DNA from: a virus
Taxonomy: Duplodnaviria; Caudoviricetes
IMG/VR virus record: IMGVR_UViG_3300029309_000033
Span: 1-59,385 of that record
Reading direction: 5' to 3' (one strand)
Length of the DNA stretch: 59,385 bases
Shown here: positions 52,188 through 59,385 of the stretch, in pieces
Layout of the letters: every line of letters begins with the position of its first letter
How positions within the stretch are numbered: position 1 is the stretch's first letter
Notes under the pieces: model-generated
The model's database searches: none
Told to the model about the DNA's origin: nothing
Seen by the model: the letters and a program-made list of their open reading frames with translations, nothing else
Made by a program: the position numbers and the translations under genes

Positions 52188-54053
52188 CTAGCCCAAGGCA
52201 ATTGCAAGAGCCGTAGGGTCCTCAGTACTAAATCCTGCGCTTGACAAGTATGTTTTAACATCTGTTAACGCCACTTGTTTCATGGTGCCAGCGTCATTTG
52301 TTACAAGTCTATCAGCATCTACTAAAGTTGTAGAAGTCGCTGATGTACCACCATCCATTATGTTTAATTCTGTTGCTGTAGAGGTAACACCATCCAAAAT
52401 ATTAAGTTCCGCAGCAGTGGATGTAACACCATCTAATATGTTAAGCTCTGCGGCTGTTGATGTAACACCATCTAATATATTAAGCTCTGCGGCTGTCGAT
52501 GTCACACCATCTAATATGTTTAATTCTGCAGCAGTAGATGTCACTCCATCTAATATATTAAGTTCTGCAGTTGTTGCAGTCACACCATCTAATAAATTTA
52601 TCTCTGTAGCTGTTGCAGTAACGGCAACATCTTCGTTTACTTTTGGTGATGTTAATGTTTTATTTGTTAATGTAGCAGTTGAAGTTGCTGATACTAATCT
52701 AGCATTACCACCAGTGCTTGGAAGAGTTAGGACATTATCTGCAGCCTCCGAGTGTGGTGCTGCTTTTATCTGCTGCCCATGAGAATTACTTTCACAGTTA
52801 AACTGAATAGTTCCTTGATTAGTATTACCTCTAACAGTTACGTGTCCTGTTCCGTTTGGTGCTAATTCTAAGTCTGCATTTGATGTGGTAACAATATCAT
52901 TACCATTCATATCAAGATTACCACCTAATTGTGGTGTTGAATCCTCAACCACGTTTGATAACGCACTAGATGTAGCTAAACCTGATACAATTGCCGATCT
53001 TGCAATCTTTTTAAGGCCACCACCTGAAGTATCTATTGCTAAAAATACATCATCATTAGCAACTGTAGATATCTCTGATAGTGAGCTTACTGCTACAGAA
53101 TTAAAGTTTGTGCCATCTGCGATTAATAGATTACCTGCAGTATTTGTACCCATGGTAATATCATCACCAGCGACTGTAAGATCTCCAGTTATACTTAAGT
53201 TTCTAAATCCAGATATATCTTTGTTTGAGTCTACTATGACTGCTAAAGATGCAGAAACAGTTCCCGCAGTAATACCATCTAATAGATTTAATTCTGCTGT
53301 AGTTGAAGTAACTCCATCTAATATATTAAGCTCTGCTGCAGTTGAAGTGACTCCATCTAAAATATTTAATTCTGCTGTAGTTGAAGTAACTCCATCTAAT
53401 ATATTAAGCTCTGCTGCAGTTGAAGTGACAGCAGTGCTTCCTAAAGTCAAACCACCATCAGGTATGACCACACTACTTCCTGATAAAGCTGTAAATGTGT
53501 TTGCTGTAAATCTAAAATCGTCCGCACCAGCTATTGCAATATCTATCTGATCATCTGTGTCTGCTGTGATTGTTGTATCTGCATCAGCATCAAGAGTTAA
53601 TGATCCACCATCTAAATCTGTTGCACCACCAAAGCTAGCATCAACTATATTTGTGCCATCAGAAAAAACTAATTTTGTGCTTTTATCAGATGCACCAAAA
53701 GTTACACCCGTTCCTGATGCGGTTTTAAATTGAACAGTATGTGCACCGGTTGTGCCATTTACCACAATGTAAACTTTTTCTATTGAATCTGGAACAGTAA
53801 CAATCTGATTACCTGTGATCGTTCCTGTTAATTTTATGACCGCATGTCTAGCAACAGATGTTGATTCCGTGGTGTCACCATCCGTGATTGTTAAGGTTGT
53901 TGTTTGTGCACCACCAGCAATAGATTTTTCCACATAACCAGCGACTGCTTTCTCTACTATCTGTAAATTGGTATTTGTTTTATCACCCCATGTACCGGCA
54001 TTTTCGCCGGTTGTCATTAATTCAATACCTAGATCTGAAAATGTTGATGCCAT
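52188..54053 (-). CDS. Tail fibre with 13-aa repeats
   Basis: GENAGTWG N-terminus, VTSTAAELNILDG repeats, DSTPQLGGNLD, ends ALAIALG. Confidence 0.8.
   Translation of the reverse strand: MASTFSDLGIELMTTGENAGTWGDKTNTNLQIVEKAVAGYVEKSIAGGAQTTTLTITDGDTTESTSVARHAVIKLTGTITGNQIVTVPDSIEKVYIVVNGTTGAHTVQFKTASGTGVTFGASDKSTKLVFSDGTNIVDASFGGATDLDGGSLTLDADADTTITADTDDQIDIAIAGADDFRFTANTFTALSGSSVVIPDGGLTLGSTAVTSTAAELNILDGVTSTTAELNILDGVTSTAAELNILDGVTSTTAELNLLDGITAGTVSASLAVIVDSNKDISGFRNLSITGDLTVAGDDITMGTNTAGNLLIADGTNFNSVAVSSLSEISTVANDDVFLAIDTSGGGLKKIARSAIVSGLATSSALSNVVEDSTPQLGGNLDMNGNDIVTTSNADLELAPNGTGHVTVRGNTNQGTIQFNCESNSHGQQIKAAPHSEAADNVLTLPSTGGNARLVSATSTATLTNKTLTSPKVNEDVAVTATATEINLLDGVTATTAELNILDGVTSTAAELNILDGVTSTAAELNILDGVTSTAAELNILDGVTSTAAELNILDGVTSTATELNIMDGGTSATSTTLVDADRLVTNDAGTMKQVALTDVKTYLSSAGFSTEDPTALAIALG
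52351..52623 (-). repeat. Seven 39-bp coding tandem repeats
   Basis: Seven VTSTAAELNILDG-type units with synonymous variation. Confidence 0.9.
53275..53430 (-). repeat. Four 39-bp coding tandem repeats
   Basis: Alternating TAAE/TTAE units. Confidence 0.9.
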
Positions 54054-54063
54054 AATTTAATCC

Positions 54064-54768
54064 TTAAGGTGTTGGTGAGTTAACTGGGATTCTGACTGTT
54101 CCATCTGTATAGTCATCTCTTCGTCTTCTACCTATTTGCTCTCCTCCAAATTTTTGTATTTCTTGTTGGTATTTTTGTTCGTATAATTGCAGCATATCAG
54201 CTGGGCCTTTTAAGAAACCATAGGTTTCTGCTAGGCAACAATATAGCAGACCATTTGGAAAATTTAAACTAATATAATTAGTGTCATTGTTTTCCAATAA
54301 AGCTGGTATTGCATTGTAGTGTATTTTGTATGCAAAAGTTGCGCTTGGTGTTGGTGACACAATTATAGATCCAGAGTTTGATGAACCGTCTCCAGTTGCT
54401 CCTGTATCTAACATTGCGTAATATTTTGGTGTTCCAGTAGATGTAGTTGCTGAAATGTATTCCTCTAAAAATGTAATATCTTTTTTTTCTAAATATACAT
54501 TAGCACCAGTAAAAGTAGATCCAGTTGCAGTATAGACTTGAACCGCTCTTATAAATACAGCTCCTGCTGGCACTGTTACGGTGCCTGTTCCAGATGTAAA
54601 ATTGCCTGTGGCTGTTTTTCTATCAGCGTCTATAGGGACATCTCTAAAAATTCTATTTTGTGCATTTAATATAATATTCTCTAATACACTATCTGATAGG
54701 ACAGTAGAGCTGACCTCAGTATAACTTCTTATCTGTGTTTTTAATCCTGATGCACTTAATCCTGCCAT
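54064..54768 (-). CDS. Putative head-tail adaptor
   Basis: GTPKYYA, VSPTP, LLYCCLAE. Confidence 0.6.
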   Translation of the reverse strand: MAGLSASGLKTQIRSYTEVSSTVLSDSVLENIILNAQNRIFRDVPIDADRKTATGNFTSGTGTVTVPAGAVFIRAVQVYTATGSTFTGANVYLEKKDITFLEEYISATTSTGTPKYYAMLDTGATGDGSSNSGSIIVSPTPSATFAYKIHYNAIPALLENNDTNYISLNFPNGLLYCCLAETYGFLKGPADMLQLYEQKYQQEIQKFGGEQIGRRRRDDYTDGTVRIPVNSPTP

Positions 54769-54769
54769 A

Positions 54770-55339
54770 TTATGCTGTCAACGTTGCTGGACCAGCCGAA
54801 CAATTGTTGCCTCCTCCTGATACTCCTCCACTTGTAGCAGTATCTGTGTCTACTGTAAAGTGATAGAAATCTGTCGTGTTAGTTATGTTACCGCTAGAGT
54901 CTCTCTTACCAACGGTGATAGAATATCCTGTTGCTTTTGATATATTAGATCCAGTAATGCCATCAAAATTTTTAGGATTTTGAAAAGCATCTGGGTCTGA
55001 TGTTGTAAATATTGGTCCTCTAAATCTCACAGTGTCGCTTGTGGATCTACCATGAGATTTTTCAAATACGTTTATTATCCCTGATGATGCTGATATTGTT
55101 TGAAAAGGATCGGGGCTAAGAAATCTCGCAACCTCGCTCTCAGTTCTATCAGGTCTTACATCTCTCAATCCTTGTGCGTCACCAGATCTAGACCTTAATT
55201 CTAATTGAGGGTGTTTCTCCTCATATTCTGATTTATGAACCAGATGACCATTCCATTCCTTAACCATCTCCTCATACGGAAAAGCTAAACCAGATCTATC
55301 TGATATCGCCTTTGATTTTTTTCCTCTTGCAAATGCCAT
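54770..55339 (-). CDS. Virion-associated protein
   Basis: AISDRSG.AFPY...KHPQL N-terminus. Confidence 0.65.
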   Translation of the reverse strand: MAFARGKKSKAISDRSGLAFPYEEMVKEWNGHLVHKSEYEEKHPQLELRSRSGDAQGLRDVRPDRTESEVARFLSPDPFQTISASSGIINVFEKSHGRSTSDTVRFRGPIFTTSDPDAFQNPKNFDGITGSNISKATGYSITVGKRDSSGNITNTTDFYHFTVDTDTATSGGVSGGGNNCSAGPATLTA

Positions 55340-56103
55340 TATGCTCCTGGATAATAAGTTTTAGGTGTTATTATAGTGCTAGAAGATGATCCATCCTCTG
55401 CTAATGCTCTTGCCAATTCATCTTCATAATATAATTTCATTGCCTGCACTCTTTCAGGCGCATACTTCTGCGCTAAATAAAAAGCTAAACCAGATACCAT
55501 ACATGGTACAAATCTATAGGGAACATCAGTTGCATCTGTATAAGTAGTGTCTACATCTTGTATTCTTTTTACAAAAAAGATGTGCATGTCTTTTGTTGCT
55601 GCTGTTGCATCAGGGCATGGATAGACAGTGACAGTTGTCTTATCTATAAATCTTTGAACAAAATATTGTGATGGTGTGCCTTTAGATAATTTAGCTGATA
55701 GACTAGAGTATGTTGATCTATCAATCTTTGTCATCGCTGCATCTGATTGAGTTGTTTGTGTTCTATTTTGTCTAAACGTGGCCTCCAATACATCTGCGAT
55801 ACCAAAAGTGCTAGATCCACTCGTGCCTCCAACAGTTACCGATGATGTGCCATCAGCACTAGATCTAAAAAAAGTATACTCAGCTTGACCTTCAATAAGA
55901 TCTATATTTGTATCTCCCACTTCCCAATAGTGCAAACCTCTGTTGCCCCATTCTTGGAATAAAATATTTAAAGATCTTCTAGCTGATTTTAATTGGTATC
56001 CAGAAGTTACTTGAGATCCTATACGCTCATATGCCTCTGCAATGATATCATCGACTGCAAAGTTTTTATCGAAAGTAACTGTGCCGGAAGTTGTATTGGC
56101 CAT
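55339..56103 (-). CDS. Putative head completion/connector protein
   Basis: ARRSLNILFQEWGNRG, GTPSQY, VPYRFVPCMVSGLAFY. Confidence 0.6.
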   Translation of the reverse strand: MANTTSGTVTFDKNFAVDDIIAEAYERIGSQVTSGYQLKSARRSLNILFQEWGNRGLHYWEVGDTNIDLIEGQAEYTFFRSSADGTSSVTVGGTSGSSTFGIADVLEATFRQNRTQTTQSDAAMTKIDRSTYSSLSAKLSKGTPSQYFVQRFIDKTTVTVYPCPDATAATKDMHIFFVKRIQDVDTTYTDATDVPYRFVPCMVSGLAFYLAQKYAPERVQAMKLYYEDELARALAEDGSSSSTIITPKTYYPGA

Positions 56104-56114
56104 CCGTTACCCTC

Positions 56115-56534
56115 CTAATAATTCTTTAAAAATTCTGCAATGACTGTGTAAGTATTTCCAGAATCAGCTGCTCCTGGTACGACAAAGTTTACATCATTTT
56201 CATTTGAATTAGATGAAGTGTTAGCTGGTACCCCACCAAATTCTCTAAAGTCCCAATATCCAGATCCCACTAAAGTCACTATAGGAATATCTCCATCTGA
56301 GTCTTCATAATCTAAACGAGCAAAAGAGTCTTTTCCATCACCATTTGAACAAGAGTACCACAATCTTTGTAGTGTTACATGTGTTGGACTAGCTCCATCA
56401 ACATTAGCTGCGAGTGCAGATACATCTGCAAATACAGTTGTTCCACCTGTTCCGTCTGATTGATTTACTATTTTTATGGTCACTCTCTTGTCGTTCTGTT
56501 GCAAGATAGTTGGACCTGTTACTGTGTCTGCCAT
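56115..56534 (-). CDS. Virion-associated hypothetical protein
   Basis: 139 aa; AAGGAGGG SD. Confidence 0.7.
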   Translation of the reverse strand: MADTVTGPTILQQNDKRVTIKIVNQSDGTGGTTVFADVSALAANVDGASPTHVTLQRLWYSCSNGDGKDSFARLDYEDSDGDIPIVTLVGSGYWDFREFGGVPANTSSNSNENDVNFVVPGAADSGNTYTVIAEFLKNY

Positions 56535-56558
56535 AGTTTCCCTCCTTAATCAAGAAAC

Positions 56559-56580
56559 TGTGAGGGCCGAAGCCCTCACA
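56559..56580 (-). terminator. UUCG hairpin after 56588-57094
   Basis: TGTGAGGGC-TTCG-GCCCTCACA on the minus strand. Confidence 0.7.
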
Positions 56581-56587
56581 TTAAGTA

Positions 56588-57094
56588 TTATTGATCTGCA
56601 AATGCAGGCACATCTGCACCTTCTGCGTAACCCCAAATATAGTAGTTAGTACTATCTTTAGCCACAATGTTTATTTCAAACAGACCACTGTCTGTAAGAG
56701 TTAACTTTGAGTTAGAGTTTCCATCAGAGTAAACAGATACGTTATCTGCGTTAGAATCTAAGTGTACGATACCACCTAAGAAAAAATTACTATTTCCTGG
56801 TGTTACAATAATTAGATTTTCTGTTTCTTCTGCAGCACCTGCGTAGAAAAACTTGTAAGTCTGTCCAGCAACTGGGGAAGGTAGAGTAATAGTTCTATTG
56901 CCTCCTATTGCAGGAACAGCAAGTGTTCTTCCGCTGTGCGTTGCAGCATCAAGAGTTTTATCTTCATCTCCTAACGCTACGGGTGCATCACCCATAGTGA
57001 TAATTTCAGTAATAGCTCCAGTTGTGGAATTTTTACTTACTGTTTTAATTGTACTCTCAGATCTTACTGGACCTGAAAAAGTTGTTGTTGACAT
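56588..57094 (-). CDS. Virion-associated protein, possible capsid decoration
   Basis: MSTTTFSGPVRS; has its own promoter, leader and terminator. Confidence 0.7.
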   Translation of the reverse strand: MSTTTFSGPVRSESTIKTVSKNSTTGAITEIITMGDAPVALGDEDKTLDAATHSGRTLAVPAIGGNRTITLPSPVAGQTYKFFYAGAAEETENLIIVTPGNSNFFLGGIVHLDSNADNVSVYSDGNSNSKLTLTDSGLFEINIVAKDSTNYYIWGYAEGADVPAFADQ

Positions 57095-57105
57095 GGTTGT
57101 ATTCT

Positions 57106-57172
57106 CCTAGTTTTCGAACGTAATCTCTAGGCCGTCGACTATACTCGTTTACGTTCTAATTAATTGTATAGT
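57106..57172 (-). promoter_or_regulatory. Structured 5' leader with three interleaved pairings
   Basis: ACTATAC/GTATAGT, GAACGTAA/TTACGTTC, CCTAG/CTAGG; the last overlaps the SD. Confidence 0.6.
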
Positions 57173-57178
57173 GTGTTT

Positions 57179-57207
57179 TTTATACAACAGTTTTTAGTAG
57201 AGCGCAA
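57179..57207 (-). promoter_or_regulatory. Sigma70-like promoter
   Basis: TTGCGC-17-TATAAA. Confidence 0.65.
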
Positions 57208-57254
57208 GAGAGCCTGTAGTGTGGATTGGATTTTTCCAACGATGTAGCTTTTTA

Positions 57255-57482
57255 TTAAGTTGCTACTGAAACTTGTGGAGCTGCTTCCTCAATTTTATTT
57301 TGCAGATGCTCTTTTTGTGCCTCTGCAGCTTTTATATGGGTAAGAACTTCTTTAACTTGTCTGTCAATCTTAACCATATTAAGGGTATATCTACCCTCCT
57401 TGAGATGTTCCTGCTCCCATTTGAGATCCAAACCTCTTTTCTTCTGATAGAGATCTTGTAGATGTTGCATCATCTCCTCCAT
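57255..57482 (-). CDS. Coiled-coil hypothetical protein
   Basis: 75 aa; GAGGAGG upstream. Confidence 0.7.
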   Translation of the reverse strand: MEEMMQHLQDLYQKKRGLDLKWEQEHLKEGRYTLNMVKIDRQVKEVLTHIKAAEAQKEHLQNKIEEAAPQVSVAT

Positions 57483-57678
57483 TTATAACCTCCTCATAGG
57501 TTATTCTGTTTACCTTGGGATCCATCATTTCTCCAAGATACTCCCACTTTATATCTTTTTTTCCTAGTTTGTCAACTATGGCGTTTTCAATATCTAGAGG
57601 GCCATCTAAAGAAGTTATAATAAAATCTGCATGGTATTTGTATGCAGAAATCTTAACTCTGAATTGTTTGGGGTGCAT
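57391..57678 (-). CDS. Hypothetical protein
   Basis: 95 aa, 3' overlap with the next gene. Confidence 0.6.
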   Translation of the reverse strand: MHPKQFRVKISAYKYHADFIITSLDGPLDIENAIVDKLGKKDIKWEYLGEMMDPKVNRITYEEVINGGDDATSTRSLSEEKRFGSQMGAGTSQGG

Positions 57679-57698
57679 TTTTTCTTTCTATTGTTTTA

Positions 57699-57725
57699 TT
57701 AAGGCGGGATTGTGTCCCGCCTTAA
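57699..57725 (-). terminator. Hairpin after the major capsid gene
   Basis: TTAAGGCGGGA-5-TCCCGCCTTAA. Confidence 0.7.
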
Positions 57726-57735
57726 ATTATTTAGA

Positions 57736-58644
57736 TTACGCTGCTCCTGGAGAACCGAACATACCTCTAGGGTCTGAGAATCCAAATGAATATCTCTCTC
57801 TAGCTTTGTATCTTACGTTTCCAGTTTCAAAGTCACCTTCCATTGCAGTTTTTACTGGTGCTCTAACGAACATTTTCATTCCGTTAGGTACATCAGTTTT
57901 AATGAAGAACGCATCAGTATCAGTTAAGTAGTGGTTTACCACATAACCTTGTGGGATCATTCCCATGTTTCCTAATGCATTGATATCATTATCTGCAGTT
58001 CCAGTTCTACCTTGAGATTTCATTAATCTCTCAGCAGTAAATCGTAGAGCAGAAGGAACTATCATTTTCATTCCTTTAGCCGCGATTTTTAGACCTCTCT
58101 CATCAGTGAACGCTGCGATGTCAATTAACGACTGCTCTAACGATGTCTCGTTTAAGTCAGCTGCAGTTGACAATTCATTTCTGAATGTTCCAGCGATGAT
58201 TGGGTGGTCAGTAGCAAAAAGCTCCTTACCATCACCACCTGTGAAAGAAGAATCGAAACCGTTGTTTAACACGTTAGCTCCTTTGATCTGTTTAGCATTT
58301 GCCATAGATCTAGCTAAAGCTTTTGTATATCTAGACGCAAGTCTGTCATACAAATTATCCTCAATCGCTTCTTCAGTGATTGAGAACGCTAAAGCAAGCG
58401 TTTCGTGTGTGTATCTAGCAGTGAAAGTTTCTTGTGCTGTATCGAAGTTTATGCTTGATCCTTCAGGTTTTACTGAAGCATTAGCGAAACCAGATAACAT
58501 CACTTCTTCTTCGAAAGCTCTGTCAGAATTTTCTACATCGTAGATCTGAAGATGCTCATCCGCGTAGTTGTTATATTCCAGGCCAAATAGTGCATTCAAA
58601 CCTGGCTCTAGTTCTTTGACTAGCTGTGCTCTTGATATTGCCAT
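57736..58644 (-). CDS. Major capsid protein
   Basis: MAISRAQLVKELEPGLNALFGLEY...RYKARERYSFGFSDPRG; followed by a terminator hairpin. Confidence 0.9.
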   Translation of the reverse strand: MAISRAQLVKELEPGLNALFGLEYNNYADEHLQIYDVENSDRAFEEEVMLSGFANASVKPEGSSINFDTAQETFTARYTHETLALAFSITEEAIEDNLYDRLASRYTKALARSMANAKQIKGANVLNNGFDSSFTGGDGKELFATDHPIIAGTFRNELSTAADLNETSLEQSLIDIAAFTDERGLKIAAKGMKMIVPSALRFTAERLMKSQGRTGTADNDINALGNMGMIPQGYVVNHYLTDTDAFFIKTDVPNGMKMFVRAPVKTAMEGDFETGNVRYKARERYSFGFSDPRGMFGSPGAA

Positions 58645-58663
58645 AATTTATATACTCCTATAA

Positions 58664-59230
58664 TTATACGCCTGTTGTTAATTTAAAGATGTGTTCACCA
58701 GTATTGAATACAACATATGCATTTGCATTCGCTGATGACTCATCACTATTTTCTGGATCTTTTGATATACCGATTTGTTTAAAACCACCAGATGTTCCAG
58801 AAGTCGACGTGTCAATCTCTGAAGTTGATTGTCCAGAAAGAGTGCTTCCACTCGTTCCAACAAAATCAAAACCAGAATTATTCATCGCTGATGTTCCTGT
58901 GCCATCATGTTGTGCTTCAAACACGATAAAAGGATCCACGAACACTGAAGCTACAATATCCGAAGCGTTTGTGCTTGCAGGATAAAAAGCTTTAAATGTC
59001 GGTTTACTCGTTGATGGATCAGTAAAAAAACAACCTCCGAACACACCCGCTTGTTGAGTGTCTCCAGCTGCTGCTTGCTCAATACCGCCACCCGCTACTG
59101 CTTCAACCACTTGACCATTGAAAATTGATGTCCCGTGATTTGCTGCTATAGCGTACTCTTCCGTTCTGATTCTTCCACCTGTAAGATGTCTTGTAGGTTT
59201 AAAACCGAACGCCGCGTCTTTATTAGCCAT
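58664..59230 (-). CDS. Capsid-associated protein
   Basis: 188 aa immediately upstream of the major capsid gene. Confidence 0.7.
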   Translation of the reverse strand: MANKDAAFGFKPTRHLTGGRIRTEEYAIAANHGTSIFNGQVVEAVAGGGIEQAAAGDTQQAGVFGGCFFTDPSTSKPTFKAFYPASTNASDIVASVFVDPFIVFEAQHDGTGTSAMNNSGFDFVGTSGSTLSGQSTSEIDTSTSGTSGGFKQIGISKDPENSDESSANANAYVVFNTGEHIFKLTTGV

Positions 59231-59385
59231 GTTTATCTCCTTTTGTCTACCGAGGTAGACGATTTAATTATTCGTTGGGTAGGAATTGTTAAAAAATTAA
59301 CTTTTCTTTGTACCACCGAAGGTTACACGAGTCTGTCGATCACTATTGATCGGCATACTTGGATGCTGTTCCTTCATTAAATCAT
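58821..59385. repeat. Right copy of imperfect terminal redundancy
   Basis: Aligns to 1-579. Confidence 0.95.
59297..59385 (-). CDS. 3' end of the gene at 491-946 (partial)
   Basis: Identical to 491-579. Confidence 0.9.
   Translation of the reverse strand, partial: DLMKEQHPSMPINSDRQTRVTFGGTKKS

Noticed and set aside
46698-54053. Diversity-generating retroelement acting on fibre genes
   Set aside because: No reverse transcriptase and no repeat pair differing only at adenines.
21954-58985. Long antisense ORFs such as 21954-22535, 40396-40863, 52885-53550 and 58106-58543
   Set aside because: Shadows of real minus-strand genes caused by codon bias; low-complexity products.
1-59385. Prophage, tRNA genes or alternative genetic code
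   Set aside because: No host genes, integrase or cloverleaf seen by eye (tRNAscan not run); core genes are intact in the standard code with all three stops used.

Overview
The window is essentially one complete, circularly permuted genome (about 58.8 kb) of an AT-rich tailed dsDNA phage. Gene content and order resemble HTVC023P-type pelagiphages; this assignment comes from my recognition of the proteins, not from a database search. The two ends (1-579 and 58821-59385) are two diverged alleles of the same locus. Modules are: head and packaging (major capsid, scaffold, GroES, portal, TerL, a distant TerS); a cluster of small Lys/Arg-rich genes; a + strand array of small early genes sharing an AGAAAGGATAAATATG start motif; nucleases and regulators; an M15 peptidase with an operon of exported proteins; replication (Leu762 PolA, C5 methyltransferase, SF1 helicase, primase, SNF2 helicase); internal virion proteins; and tail/fibre genes. 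I saw no integrase, reverse transcriptase, tRNA or CRISPR array. The strongest signals outside ordinary annotation are a complete type II hammerhead ribozyme (10439-10505), an independently transcribed ~330-nt structured RNA candidate (14075-14430), a methyltransferase split over two overlapping frames, a double-pseudoknot 5' leader (57106-57172), bidirectional near-leaderless promoters, and a short GG motif shared by unrelated putative internal virion proteins.
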